Shown in pieces: positions 49,493 through 59,597 of a DNA stretch of 64,000 nt. The notes under the pieces are model-generated. The model was not told where the DNA came from. It did not search any database and saw only the letters and a list, made by a program, of their open reading frames with translations. Numbering within the stretch: position 1 is the stretch's first letter; each line of letters begins with the position of its first letter. This DNA is from a virus (lineage: Duplodnaviria > Caudoviricetes), in IMG/VR virus record IMGVR_UViG_3300011008_000023, positions 34,594 to 98,593 of that record; one strand, written 5' to 3'. Made by a program: the position numbers and the translations under genes.

Positions 49493-49563
49493 TGAAGTGT
49501 GGTGTAATGGTAACACTAGAGATTTTGGTTCTCTCATTTAAGGTTCGAGTCCTTACACTTCAA
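49493..49563 (+). tRNA. tRNA-Gln (UUG)
   Basis: TGAAGTG/CACTTCA acceptor, anticodon loop TTTTGGT and GGTTCGAGTCC. Confidence 0.92.
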
Positions 49564-49565
49564 CT

Positions 49566-49823
49566 ATGAAAATACAGATGACAAGGGGGTGCACTTGTGA
49601 TGCACTGACAGTAGATGATGAGAGGATTTTTGACTTCACTGATGAAAAGAAGAGTGAAATCTTGGATTATTTATTAGGAGATTCAAAACTCAGAGGGCTC
49701 TATAAGCCAGAAAATCTACAGGAGTTTATTTATGACCTTGCAGAAGAATTTGGTGAGTACGATTATATAGGGCACTGTGAGCAATGTGGAGATTCAATCG
49801 AAGAGTTCACATTGACTATTTAA
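49566..49823 (+). CDS. hypothetical protein, possible Zn-binding
   Basis: CTC ... CEQC. Confidence 0.65.
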   Translation: MKIQMTRGCTCDALTVDDERIFDFTDEKKSEILDYLLGDSKLRGLYKPENLQEFIYDLAEEFGEYDYIGHCEQCGDSIEEFTLTI

Positions 49824-49910
49824 CAGCTTAGCAAGCCTGACGAGGTGAATGTGTAAGAGCTGACTTACAAGAGTTTCCGCCAAGGTTCTCTCTAAAAAAT
49901 CTTGGATTAA

Positions 49911-49982
49911 GCCCTTTTAGTATAATGGCTATTATAATTGATTTGTAATCAATAGATGTTAGTTCGATTCTGACAAGGGGCT
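49911..49982 (+). tRNA. tRNA-Thr (UGU)
   Basis: GCCCTTT/AAGGGGC acceptor, ATTGA-TTTGTAA-TCAAT and GTTCGATTC. Confidence 0.9.
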
Positions 49983-50061
49983 CAACACAGAGCATTCATT
50001 CTGTTTACATAATTGTTAAACCCAGTTTTCGCACTACACTGGCTAAAGAAAGTGTCATTTT

Positions 50062-50135
50062 GCCCTCTTAGCTCAGCTGGATAGAGCAACAGATTTCTAA
50101 TCTGTGGGTCATAGGTTCGAGTCCTATAGGGGGTA
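50062..50135 (+). tRNA. tRNA-Arg (UCU)
   Basis: ACAGA-TTTCTAA-TCTGT anticodon arm, TAGCTCAGCTGGATAGAGC D arm and GGTTCGAGTCC. Confidence 0.92.
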
Positions 50136-50138
50136 CAT

Positions 50139-50444
50139 ATGATTTACACTGATTATACAAAGATTAAAAGAGTTAATTTTAAAGTTCCGGAGCTTATGAA
50201 TGAGCAGGCCGAAGAAGAAGTAATTAACCTCTTTAATAGAATTAAAGCACTTGATGATGAGATATCCTCACTAAGAATGGAGGCTACAAATAAAGAAAAA
50301 CAACTCCAAGCACTAAAAGAAAAGTGGAGTATGTTTTCTTCTCTTTTGGACATAGAATTTGATACTAAAGAAAAAGAGGAGGTCCATCAAGATGTTAATA
50401 TAGGATTTAATTTCCATTCAGATATAAATAAGAAAATACATTAA
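50139..50444 (+). CDS. hypothetical coiled-coil protein
   Basis: 101-aa ORF. Confidence 0.65.
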   Translation: MIYTDYTKIKRVNFKVPELMNEQAEEEVINLFNRIKALDDEISSLRMEATNKEKQLQALKEKWSMFSSLLDIEFDTKEKEEVHQDVNIGFNFHSDINKKIH

Positions 50445-50445
50445 T

Positions 50446-50586
50446 ATGGAGAAATTTATACATAGTGAGCCTTTTAAAAACACAAGAGAATTGGTTAAGT
50501 TTGTGAATAACAATGAGATACCTAGGGAAGACATTGTCACTATTATTCTATTAAAAGGAGAAATAATGCTAATTTATTATAGATAA
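50446..50586 (+). CDS. small hypothetical protein (46 aa, not in ORF track)
   Basis: MEKFIHSEPF...LIYYR fills the gap. Confidence 0.6.
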   Translation: MEKFIHSEPFKNTRELVKFVNNNEIPREDIVTIILLKGEIMLIYYR

Positions 50587-50587
50587 T

Positions 50588-50884
50588 ATGGAAGAGCAGG
50601 AGAAGAACCCACATGTAATGAATGAAGAAGAGTTTCAGAATGAATTACATAATAAATTAAATTTAATTAGATTTGATTGTGTGAGAAGATTCAAATCTGT
50701 AGGAAGGGCCTTTAGAAGAGGAAATATAACTAATTATGGAGAAATAGTTCCTAGAAGACACTTTCATAATAGAAAGAATACTTGCAAACGCAAGGGGCAT
50801 CACAGTAGGACTATGAATGAATTAAAGAAGAGACTTTATGGAGGATACTTGTTTAAAGAAAGATATCACGGCAGAAGAGTATAA
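50588..50884 (+). CDS. basic hypothetical protein
   Basis: RRFKSVGRAFRRG. Confidence 0.65.
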   Translation: MEEQEKNPHVMNEEEFQNELHNKLNLIRFDCVRRFKSVGRAFRRGNITNYGEIVPRRHFHNRKNTCKRKGHHSRTMNELKKRLYGGYLFKERYHGRRV

Positions 50885-51047
50885 TAAAGAGCCAGTATTT
50901 TACTGCACACATTGTTTATCTCTAAAAGTTAAGAGCTTAGATTCTTATGTAGACTATTGTGATAACTGTGGAAGTACTGATATAGATACCACAGACATTT
51001 TTACTTGGAGAGAATTATATAAAACCAGATTTGGAAAAGAATTTTAA
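50838..51047 (+). CDS. Zn-ribbon protein
   Basis: YC..CLSL...C.NCGST. Confidence 0.75.
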   Translation: MEDTCLKKDITAEEYNKEPVFYCTHCLSLKVKSLDSYVDYCDNCGSTDIDTTDIFTWRELYKTRFGKEF

Positions 51048-51055
51048 TTATAATT

Positions 51056-51349
51056 ATGGAAAAGAAAGAAGTTGAAATGAAGAAGGCTGAACAGCCTACA
51101 AGAGAAAAGTTGACTTATGAGCAGCTTGAGAATGTATGTCATCAGTTGAGTGAGCAGTCAAGAACTCTTTATCAGAAGCTTCAGGAAGCTGAGATGACTA
51201 ATCTTTTTAAAAGACTTGATTACCTATTTGCAGTAGTTGAAAACTCAAATCAGTTCCCTCAGGAATTTAGCACTAAGTGCGTAAAGGAGATTATGGATGC
51301 TATGACAATTCCTGAGAAGACAGAGGAAGAAACTAAAAAGGAAGACTAA
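51056..51349 (+). CDS. hypothetical protein
   Basis: KLTYEQLE; part of the conserved pre-terminase block. Confidence 0.75.
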   Translation: MEKKEVEMKKAEQPTREKLTYEQLENVCHQLSEQSRTLYQKLQEAEMTNLFKRLDYLFAVVENSNQFPQEFSTKCVKEIMDAMTIPEKTEEETKKED

Positions 51350-51350
51350 T

Positions 51351-51746
51351 ATGGATGCTAGGAGACCAAATAATGTTATTGGCATCTCCACAACTTTAAA
51401 TGACTTCTTTAGATATTGGGTAGAATTCTTAGAGCCATTACACCACCTTACAGAAAGGGAAATAGACATTATAACAGCTTTCTTAAGAAAGAGACATGAA
51501 CTTAGCAAAAGTATATTAGACCCAGTAATGCTTGATAAGTATCTTATGAATGAAGACACTAAAGCTGAAATTAGAGAAGAGTGTGGAGTATCTCCTGCTC
51601 ATTTTCAAGTAATTATGGGTAAGCTAAGAAAAAGTAAGATAATAGTCAATGGTAATATTAGCCCTAAGTTTATTCCAAACATTAAAGAAGAGAATGGCAC
51701 TTTTCAGTTATTGCTCTTTTTTCAAATAAAAGATGAAGTATCCTAA
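51351..51746 (+). CDS. HTH-type DNA-binding protein
   Basis: LTERE...IREECGVSPAHFQVIMGKLRK. Confidence 0.55.
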   Translation: MDARRPNNVIGISTTLNDFFRYWVEFLEPLHHLTEREIDIITAFLRKRHELSKSILDPVMLDKYLMNEDTKAEIREECGVSPAHFQVIMGKLRKSKIIVNGNISPKFIPNIKEENGTFQLLLFFQIKDEVS

Positions 51747-52017
51747 TATTGTAGAAAGACTCTCAAAAGAGCTTAATGTTCCAGAAGAAGTTGTAGATGC
51801 CGCATATAAATCATTCTTTACCTTTATAAGAGAGGCTATAGTAGACCTCCCCTTAAAGGAAGAATTGAGTGAAGAAGAATTTAATGAATTAAAAACTAAC
51901 TTTAATATACCTGCATTAGGAAAATTACATTGCACTTATGAGAGGTATTTAGGAATGAAGGAGCGTCAGAAATATATTAAAAAACTAAAAGAAGAATATG
52001 GTGATAAAGAAGATTAA
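51733..52017 (+). CDS. IHF/HU-like DNA-binding protein
   Basis: Helical N-terminus plus FNIPALGKL; typical crAss position upstream of terminase. Confidence 0.6.
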   Translation: MKYPNIVERLSKELNVPEEVVDAAYKSFFTFIREAIVDLPLKEELSEEEFNELKTNFNIPALGKLHCTYERYLGMKERQKYIKKLKEEYGDKED

Positions 52018-52360
52018 GCCATTGTATACTAGAATAGTAACTACAATGGATATGTATGTAGAAGACCAAACTACTACAGAAGGAGGAATTATTGATGTAG
52101 GTAAATTAAAGCAGGGTATAAAGGAATACCAGACTGTTGTAGCTGTAGGAACCACAGTAAGAGATTTAAAGGTAGGAGACATTGTATGCATTAACCCTGA
52201 TAGATATGCTGTTAGAAGATACTCAAATAATTCTATTAAGAATGACATTTTGGAGAATGCTGTAACTAAGTATAATTTCAATGTAGTGAGTATTGATGGC
52301 AAAGATTATTTATTGCTGGATGAAGCAGATGTTGAATTTATAGTTGAAGACCACGATTAA
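51998..52360 (+). CDS. GroES-like protein
   Basis: IKPLYTRIV...GGII...VVAVG...LKVGD...DGKDYLLL.E.DV. Confidence 0.7.
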   Translation: MVIKKIKPLYTRIVTTMDMYVEDQTTTEGGIIDVGKLKQGIKEYQTVVAVGTTVRDLKVGDIVCINPDRYAVRRYSNNSIKNDILENAVTKYNFNVVSIDGKDYLLLDEADVEFIVEDHD

Positions 52361-52363
52361 TTA

Positions 52364-52394
52364 AAAGCCCAGCTAAATACTGGGCTTTAGTTTT
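52364..52394 (+). terminator. intrinsic terminator
   Basis: AAAGCCCAG/CTGGGCTTT plus a T-rich tail. Confidence 0.7.
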
Positions 52395-52401
52395 ATAAGT
52401 T

Positions 52402-52701
52402 ATGAAATTAAGAACTATTATAACTGCATTAAATCACTACTACTCAAAGAAATTCCCTAATGCCACAGGGTGGTTTATTGGAAAAGAAAGTACGGAACCT
52501 ACAAAGTTGAATGCTTATAAAAAATATAAAGTAGAAATTTTTTATCATCTTCCAGGTAGAAATCACCTGGTTTATACACAACAACTTATTGATAGATGTC
52601 CTGAAGGAGCAGAAGATTTTTTAAATGAAAAATTCTTCACTGATTTACTTGAGGGAATTTTTACTAACTTACCAGCTTTTGAAAAATATGAAACTTTTTA
52701 A
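52402..52701 (+). CDS. hypothetical protein
   Basis: 99-aa ORF. Confidence 0.65.
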   Translation: MKLRTIITALNHYYSKKFPNATGWFIGKESTEPTKLNAYKKYKVEIFYHLPGRNHLVYTQQLIDRCPEGAEDFLNEKFFTDLLEGIFTNLPAFEKYETF

Positions 52702-53233
52702 GTGTCAGGGATATAACCTAACAATATCTGAAGAGGCTTATATGCTTGAGCCTTTTAAAAAAATTTGGAAGAGAGACAAATCTAAAAATAAAGAGCAGGC
52801 TCTTGCAGAACTTGCTTACATTTATTTTATGGAAGACACTCGTTCCGATTATCAAGTATATATAGATAGAGAAGAGAGAAGTAAACAAGTTAAATTAGGA
52901 GAAGGATTAAAAGAATCTTGGAAGCCCGATAAGGTAGTACAAGACGCACAAGTATTCTATGCTAGTTTTAAAACAGAATCTGCTCTTCTTCTTGAAGATA
53001 TACGAGTTGCTATTACCAAACTTAGGGAATTTATTAAAACAATTGACCTTAGTGCTACGGATGATAAAGGCAAACCAATTTATACTTTAAACACCTATAC
53101 TGCTACTATTAAGCAGATTCCAGAGCTAATTACTTCATTAGATGAAGCAGAAAGGACTATTGCTAAGGAGGTTATAGGGCAAGACAAAGTTAGAGGTTCA
53201 ATAGAAAAAGCTATGTTTGAAGATGACTTATGA
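52688..53233 (+). CDS. conserved protein upstream of TerL (possible small terminase)
   Basis: RDKSKNKE.A..ELAYIYF; overlaps the TerL start. Confidence 0.55.
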   Translation: MKLFKCQGYNLTISEEAYMLEPFKKIWKRDKSKNKEQALAELAYIYFMEDTRSDYQVYIDREERSKQVKLGEGLKESWKPDKVVQDAQVFYASFKTESALLLEDIRVAITKLREFIKTIDLSATDDKGKPIYTLNTYTATIKQIPELITSLDEAERTIAKEVIGQDKVRGSIEKAMFEDDL

Positions 53234-55478
53234 TAGTATAGCCACTAATGAATATCAAACTCCTATTACAGAGGAGTTGCTTTCACAATATCCTGAAGAG
53301 GTGGTAGAACAGCTATTTGATTTTATCAATAATGTTGATTTTATCAAATGGCTGATTTCTCCTAATAGGCCATATGCTAAGGACTGTCCTCATGACAGTG
53401 AAGGTAAAGTAATTGTAGATTTAGCACATCCTCATATTATAGAAGACTCTGATTACTTTAGACAACCAGCAATTCATTTTATGAAGCACGGTTGTTATAC
53501 TCTATTAAGACCAAATAGTAATCCTCACTCAGAATATAGGAAGTTTTGGGCTGAAGAGAAGAGAAGATGTTATGAGGGGTATGTAAGAGAGAGTGATGGT
53601 GAATGGATTACTGGATTATGTTACTGGTTTCTCAATTATAATCCTATGCTTGTCAATATGATTGTAAAGGGTTCAAAAAGAGCAAATCGTATTGAATCGT
53701 TCCCATTCTTCTTTGAAGGTATTTATTGGAGATTCCATTACCTTCAGCAAGCTAAACTTGAAGGACAGCATGCTATTGAGTTAGCTAGAAGACAATGTGC
53801 TAAATCATATTCACTTTCATCTATTATGACTCATAATCTCATATTAGGTGAAGCAGACCCAGACCCAGATACTCATAGAAGAAGAACCACAGTTCTAACA
53901 GCTTATGAAAAAGAATATCTAAAGGATGATAAGGATGGTACCTTCTCAAAGTTTAAACCTGCTTTAGGATTTATATTTACTCACACCCCATTCCCACACT
54001 TGATGCTTAAGAGGTCACCTAATGAGATGTCTTGGCAAATGGGTTACATCAATGACTTGGGTGTTGAAGCAGGTTCTCTAAATCAAGTACTTGGGGTGTC
54101 AGCAAAAGATAATCCAGACAAGCTTAGAGGTAAGAGAGGTTGGGTACTCTTTGAAGAGATGGGTTCTTTTAAAGGTCTTTTGGCTCTTTATGACACAACA
54201 AGAAAGGGTGTAGAAGATGGTAATTATGCTTTTGCTACTATGTATCTTGTAGGTACTGCTGCAGAAGATGAATCTGATTTTACATCTGCAAAGACTCTTT
54301 TGTATAACCCAGAGGGATATAATATTTATTCAATTAAGAATGTATTTGACAAGAAAGGTCAAGGCAAAGCAAACTTCGGATTTTTCTTTCCTTCTTATAT
54401 AAATAGGTCAGGATGCTACAACAAAGATGGGGTATCTGATGTTATTAAGGCTCTTTTAGAGATTTTGCTCGCACGTTATAAGGCTAAGTACTCAGCAGAC
54501 CCACAATCAGTTTTAAGAGTTATAGCAGAAGACCCAATAACTCCTGCAGAAGCTATTATTAAGGTTAAAGCTGCATACTTTCCAGTAAGTGCTCTGACTG
54601 AAGCTTTGTTTCAGTTAGACCAAAATCCGAATGCTTTTAATGATGTGTATGTTGGAGAACTGGTGCAAAAAGATGGAGAAATTATATTTAGACCTACTGC
54701 AGACACTCCTATACATAAGTATGGAGTAGATAACTCTACAAGAGGAGCTCTTGAAATTTTCCAAATGCCAGAAAAGAATAGAAATGGAGAAGTGTTTAGT
54801 GGAAGGTATATTATAGGACATGACCCTGTAGATAATGACCAAGCAGAGTCTTCATCATTAAGCTCTACATTTGTATTTGATTTATTTACAGACCAAATAG
54901 TGGCAGAGTACACTGGTAGACAAGCATTTGCAGATGATAACTTTGAAATTGTAAGGAAGCTGTGTATATTTTATAACGCCAAATGTTTATTTGAATCTAA
55001 TAAGAAAGGTATATTTGCTTACTTTGCTAAAATGAATTGTACACATTATTTGGCAGAAACTCCAGAATACCTTAGGGAAAAGCAATTAGTTAAATACAAT
55101 CCTTTTGGAAGTAGTAAATATGGTGTAAATGCATCTGCAGCAATTAATGATTATGCTAATGGACTTTTGAGAGATTGGCTATTGAAGCCAGTTACTGTTC
55201 AATACAAGAATGAAAATGGACAGTTCGAGGAACGCAGTATACCTAATTTATATAATATAAAGAGTAGAGCCTTTTTAGAAGAACTTATTGCTTATACTCC
55301 AGAATTAAATGTGGACCGTATTAGAGCTATGGGTATGGTAATGCTATATAGGCAAGAGAAAATTATTGTTTATCAAGGAGACATGTCCCCAGACAGAGAA
55401 GAAAAAGCAGATGCTAGTTATTTAGGGAATGATAAATTCTTCTCTAGAAATTATGATTTAAAGACTAAGAAGCAGTAA
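53217..55478 (+). CDS. terL: terminase large subunit
   Basis: ARRQCAKS Walker A, FEEMG Walker B, RNase H-like GHDPVD and FESN, and DRI. Confidence 0.9.
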   Translation: MKMTYDSIATNEYQTPITEELLSQYPEEVVEQLFDFINNVDFIKWLISPNRPYAKDCPHDSEGKVIVDLAHPHIIEDSDYFRQPAIHFMKHGCYTLLRPNSNPHSEYRKFWAEEKRRCYEGYVRESDGEWITGLCYWFLNYNPMLVNMIVKGSKRANRIESFPFFFEGIYWRFHYLQQAKLEGQHAIELARRQCAKSYSLSSIMTHNLILGEADPDPDTHRRRTTVLTAYEKEYLKDDKDGTFSKFKPALGFIFTHTPFPHLMLKRSPNEMSWQMGYINDLGVEAGSLNQVLGVSAKDNPDKLRGKRGWVLFEEMGSFKGLLALYDTTRKGVEDGNYAFATMYLVGTAAEDESDFTSAKTLLYNPEGYNIYSIKNVFDKKGQGKANFGFFFPSYINRSGCYNKDGVSDVIKALLEILLARYKAKYSADPQSVLRVIAEDPITPAEAIIKVKAAYFPVSALTEALFQLDQNPNAFNDVYVGELVQKDGEIIFRPTADTPIHKYGVDNSTRGALEIFQMPEKNRNGEVFSGRYIIGHDPVDNDQAESSSLSSTFVFDLFTDQIVAEYTGRQAFADDNFEIVRKLCIFYNAKCLFESNKKGIFAYFAKMNCTHYLAETPEYLREKQLVKYNPFGSSKYGVNASAAINDYANGLLRDWLLKPVTVQYKNENGQFEERSIPNLYNIKSRAFLEELIAYTPELNVDRIRAMGMVMLYRQEKIIVYQGDMSPDREEKADASYLGNDKFFSRNYDLKTKKQ

Positions 55479-55521
55479 ATTTAGCAAATTTTAAGAACAC
55501 TCTTAATTTTTTATTTATTCT

Positions 55522-55553
55522 GTTGGAATATTATAATATATTCTTTACATTTG
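55522..55553 (+). promoter_or_regulatory. Bacteroidota sigma-A type promoter (portal)
   Basis: GTTG ... TACATTTG. Confidence 0.7.
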
Positions 55554-55575
55554 CACCAAATTTAAAAGAGTCTAT

Positions 55576-57981
55576 ATGAGAGATATTTATAGAGGATTTC
55601 CACCTCAACAATTATCATTTACTTCCAAAGGAAAGAAGTGGAGAAAAGCATGTGTTGATTGGGGAACTGACCAAGCTACTATCACATATAGTCCTGTAAG
55701 AAAATCTGTGCTTCATAAAAAGATTAATTACGACTTATTGAATGGGATTTTGCATATGCAAGACCTTCAGTTAGTTATTAATCCAGAGAGTCTTGATGCT
55801 TATTTTATACCTGATAAAATAGCACATTATCCTATTATGAACTCTAAGTTAAATGTTCTTAGAGGTGAAGAGGCAAAGAGAGTATTTGATTTTAGAGTTA
55901 TTGTAACAAATCCTAATGCAATCTCTGAAATAGAGAACGAAAAGAAACAACAGGTATTTGCTGCTCTTCAACAACTGATAGCTGAGCACTCAGAATCAGA
56001 AGAAGAATTTAATCAAGAACTTGAAAAGCTAGGAGACTACTTTACTTATGAGTGGCAAGATATGAGGGAGATTAGAGCCAATGCTTTACTTCAACATTAT
56101 ATGAAGGAGTATAATATGCCTAATCTTTTCAATCAGGGTTTTATGGATGCAATGGCTGTTGCAGAGGAGATTTATCAATGTGATATTATTGGAGGAGAAC
56201 CCACTATTGAGAGACTTAATCCCTTGAAAGTTAGAGTATTCAAATCTGGATACTCAAATAAGATAGAAGACGCTGATATGATTATACTCGAAGACTATTG
56301 GTCTCCGGGCAAAATCATTGATACCTATTATGATGTACTGACTACAAGAGATGTAAAGTATATAGAAAGTATTCCGTTTGCAAATGATGCTGGTGATACT
56401 GATTCTATGGATAACATTGATGAAAGAAAAGGTTTTATCAATACCCATATGATTGGTGATGTTATCAGTGACAGTTACTCTTTTGACCCAGAATTACTGT
56501 TTACTTCAGATGAAGTAGATAGTCTCATGCCTTATGATATGTCTGGAAATGTAAGAGTTTGTAGAGTTTTCTGGAAGTCTAGAAGAAAGATTAAAGAAAT
56601 TAAGTCTTATGACCCAGAGACTGGAGAAGAAATCTATACTTTTTATCCTGAAACTTACATTTGTGATGAGTCTCTTGGAGAAGAAGAAAAGATATTCTGG
56701 ATAAATGAGGCTTGGGAAGGAACTAAAATAGGTAGTGATGTCTATGTTAATATGAGACCTAGAGTCATTCAATACAATAGACTTAGTAATCCTTCAAGGT
56801 GTCACTTTGGAATTATAGGCTCAATATATAATTTAAATGATAACAGACCATTCTCTTTGGTAGACATGATGAAGCAGTATAATTATTTGTATGATGCTAT
56901 TCATGACAGACTCAATAAACTTATGGCTAAAAACTGGGGTAAAATTATTACTCTTGATTTAGCGAAAGTTCCTAAAGGCTGGGATATAGATAAATGGATG
57001 TATTATGCTAAAACCAATGGTATTGCTGTAACTGACTCATTTAAAGAAGGTAACATTGGTGCCGCAACGGGTAAATTAGCAGGTGCTTTGAACAACGCTT
57101 CTTCTGGAGTAATAGATGCAGAATTGGGCAATTCAATACAACAACAAATGAATCTGCTTGAATTCATTAAGTTGGAAATGTCTGAAGTTGCAGGTATTAC
57201 TAAACAGAGAGAAGGACAAATTGCTAATAGAGAAACTGTCGGAGGCGTTGAGAGAGCCACTTTACAATCTTCACATATTACTGAATGGTTGTTTACTTTG
57301 CATGAGGACCTTAAAAGGAGAGTACTTGAATGCTTCTTAGAGACTGCCAAGATTGCTCTTAAAGGCAGAAGTAAGAAATTTAATTATCTGCTACCTGACT
57401 ATTCACTTCAGATAGTTAATGTAGATGGTGATGAATTTGCTGAATGTGATTATGGTCTTGTAGTTGATAATAGTGGTTCTACCCAAGAGCTTAATCAGAA
57501 ATTAGATATGCTGGCACAAGCTGCTCTTCAGACTCAAACACTTTCATTCTCTACTATTATGAAGCTTTATAGTTCAAGCTCAATTGCTGAAAAGCAAAGA
57601 TTTGTTGAAAAAGATGAGAGAGATATGAGAGAAAGAGCACAACAAGCACAGCAAGAACAACTTCAAGCACAACAACAGCAAGCACAATTAGAAGCAGAGA
57701 TGCAGCAGGCTGAGATGCAGCTAAAAGACCAGATGAACAATAGAGATAATGAAACTAAGATTCTGGTAGCAACTATATCAGCAAATGCTAATATGAATGA
57801 TGGTATAGAAGAGCCTATTTACTCTCAAGAAGCTAAAGACAAATTAATGGAGCAGATGAGGGAATTTGATGCTAGACTTCAACTTGATAAAGAAAGACTC
57901 TCCTTTGATAAGTCAAAAGCTGCTACAGATGCTAAATTAAAAGAAAAACAAATAAATAAGAAACCTACATCAAGTAAATAA
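55576..57981 (+). CDS. portal protein
   Basis: 801 aa after TerL; FPPQQL...HYPIMNSKLNVLRGEE and GITKQREG; Q-rich coiled-coil C-terminus. Confidence 0.88.
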   Translation: MRDIYRGFPPQQLSFTSKGKKWRKACVDWGTDQATITYSPVRKSVLHKKINYDLLNGILHMQDLQLVINPESLDAYFIPDKIAHYPIMNSKLNVLRGEEAKRVFDFRVIVTNPNAISEIENEKKQQVFAALQQLIAEHSESEEEFNQELEKLGDYFTYEWQDMREIRANALLQHYMKEYNMPNLFNQGFMDAMAVAEEIYQCDIIGGEPTIERLNPLKVRVFKSGYSNKIEDADMIILEDYWSPGKIIDTYYDVLTTRDVKYIESIPFANDAGDTDSMDNIDERKGFINTHMIGDVISDSYSFDPELLFTSDEVDSLMPYDMSGNVRVCRVFWKSRRKIKEIKSYDPETGEEIYTFYPETYICDESLGEEEKIFWINEAWEGTKIGSDVYVNMRPRVIQYNRLSNPSRCHFGIIGSIYNLNDNRPFSLVDMMKQYNYLYDAIHDRLNKLMAKNWGKIITLDLAKVPKGWDIDKWMYYAKTNGIAVTDSFKEGNIGAATGKLAGALNNASSGVIDAELGNSIQQQMNLLEFIKLEMSEVAGITKQREGQIANRETVGGVERATLQSSHITEWLFTLHEDLKRRVLECFLETAKIALKGRSKKFNYLLPDYSLQIVNVDGDEFAECDYGLVVDNSGSTQELNQKLDMLAQAALQTQTLSFSTIMKLYSSSSIAEKQRFVEKDERDMRERAQQAQQEQLQAQQQQAQLEAEMQQAEMQLKDQMNNRDNETKILVATISANANMNDGIEEPIYSQEAKDKLMEQMREFDARLQLDKERLSFDKSKAATDAKLKEKQINKKPTSSK

Positions 57982-57982
57982 A

Positions 57983-58324
57983 ATGGAACATGTTTGGGAA
58001 ATAGTAGGATACCTAGCAACGGCTTTTGCGGGCACCTTTTTTGGTTGGCTTTTTGGTCGAAAAAAATATAATGCTGAAGTAGAAGGTACTAGAGTGCAGA
58101 ACTTTGATGCAGCTATAGAAGCATACAAAAAGATGTATGAAGATATGATTTCTGACCTTAAAGAACAGAATGGAGAATTGAAGGAAGAGGTTGAAAGTTT
58201 GAAACAGGAGCTTTCTGAGAATAGAAAACAAATTATTACACTTACTAACTTTGTTTTGGCAAGTGCTATTCAAAGAGGTGAAAATGCAAATAGTTTTGAA
58301 GACTTAAAAGAAATAATTAAATAA
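57983..58324 (+). CDS. 1-TM coiled-coil protein (holin-like)
   Basis: N-terminal TM, RKKYNAEV and a coiled coil. Confidence 0.55.
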   Translation: MEHVWEIVGYLATAFAGTFFGWLFGRKKYNAEVEGTRVQNFDAAIEAYKKMYEDMISDLKEQNGELKEEVESLKQELSENRKQIITLTNFVLASAIQRGENANSFEDLKEIIK

Positions 58325-58332
58325 GAGATACT

Positions 58333-58626
58333 ATGAGAAAAAGAATTAAATTCGATGTTGAAATTGGTGATGCCAATTATGTAAAACCGGGTGAATACTT
58401 TGCAGAACTCTCTGCTGATGGCTCTACCATTATTGCTCTTAAGAAGAGAAGGGCAGACCTCATTCTTGAAACAGTTGCCTCTACACCAGTAGCCACTGAG
58501 ACGAAGACTGTAACTATTGACTTGGCTAATGTGGATAGTGGTGATACAGTGGAAGTTACTCCTACATCTGGGAAAACTTTATCTAAGGTAACTATTAACA
58601 TCACAGATACTACATCGGCATCTTAG
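58333..58626 (+). CDS. small beta-rich putative virion protein
   Basis: VTPTSGKTLSKVT motif. Confidence 0.55.
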   Translation: MRKRIKFDVEIGDANYVKPGEYFAELSADGSTIIALKKRRADLILETVASTPVATETKTVTIDLANVDSGDTVEVTPTSGKTLSKVTINITDTTSAS

Positions 58627-58651
58627 ACTGCGTAAAGTAATAATTTGAGCA

Positions 58652-59146
58652 ACGGCATTTAACGATAAATCAAAGTCTAAAACCACAGACAGACCTAAAC
58701 CTCTTGTGCACACTCCTGGGTAACTAAGACAGAAGGAGATTTGGTCGTGGTGAAGTTACAACAAAAAGAGTTTATAAATTAACAATAGGTGTGTTAAGAG
58801 TGATACCGATGTTACTTGTATTGGTATCACTCTTAAATACAACACTTTCCTATTTTGGCATAGATTTAATGATATTCTCCTATATAGGATGTACATCATT
58901 ATTATCTTTAGCCTTTTGTATTTAGCAAGCTGCTGTTTTGGCTTTTGCTCTTATCATAGAATGTTTCTATATTATGTAGTTATTAGTGATTTATTATTCA
59001 TTTATAATTATCATATAGGTATTCCAGTATCTGATATATGTTTATTCTTAACACACCTAATAATTGCTGGAATTACACTATTTCTAATTTTATATCTACA
59101 TCAACATGATAAATGTAATAAAAGAACAATTGCTGAGAATAATTGA
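58652..59146 (+). pseudogene. frameshifted paralog of the basic-peptide + membrane-protein pair at 34791-35280
   Basis: ACG start, RPKP...PG then a stop; YKLTIGVLRVIPMLL...IG in one frame and YLAS...HRMFLYYVV in another. Confidence 0.65.
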
Positions 59147-59402
59147 TGATATTGACTGTGGTAACAGTAATATATCAGAAGATGAAGCTTTAGAGGTAGT
59201 TAAGATATTAAAGAAATATACTAGGAAAGATGAGCCGATGAGTAAGTATCAGGCTTATACTTATCTTAACATTAGTAGAGCAACTTTTGATAATTTAGTT
59301 CGAGATGGTAAATTACCTCATGGTAAAAAGCTTGCTGGATTTAAAGAGTTAATTTGGAAAAAGAAGGATTTGAATAAGTATATAAAGTCATATGGAAAGT
59401 GA
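59106..59402 (+). CDS. excisionase/AlpA-like HTH protein
   Basis: MSKYQAYTYLNISRATFDNLVRDGKLP. Confidence 0.75.
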   Translation: MINVIKEQLLRIIDDIDCGNSNISEDEALEVVKILKKYTRKDEPMSKYQAYTYLNISRATFDNLVRDGKLPHGKKLAGFKELIWKKKDLNKYIKSYGK

Positions 59403-59538
59403 AGAGCTAAAATTGCTGAGAGAGAATAATAGAATGCTAAAATATCTAATATCTCTCATTGAGGGTAGTGCACAGAATCAGTATGCAAAAGACTTTGTAA
59501 TTAATTATCTTGCCAACATAGCTGCGGATTTTCACTGA
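59392..59538 (+). CDS. small hypothetical protein (48 aa, not in ORF track)
   Basis: MESEELKLLRENNRML...DFVINYLANIAADFH. Confidence 0.6.
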   Translation: MESEELKLLRENNRMLKYLISLIEGSAQNQYAKDFVINYLANIAADFH

Positions 59539-59558
59539 TTAAAAATCTTTCTAAGAAA

Positions 59559-59591
59559 AAGCCCATTCTAGAGCAATCTAGGGTGGGCTTT
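59559..59591 (+). terminator. hairpin/terminator
   Basis: AAGCCCATTCTAG/CTAGGGTGGGCTT. Confidence 0.65.
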
Positions 59592-59597
59592 AGCATT

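Noticed and set aside
50062-50135. Possible amber suppressor tRNA (contains TTCTAA)
   Set aside because: The 7-nt loop TTTCTAA centres on TCT, so it is tRNA-Arg.
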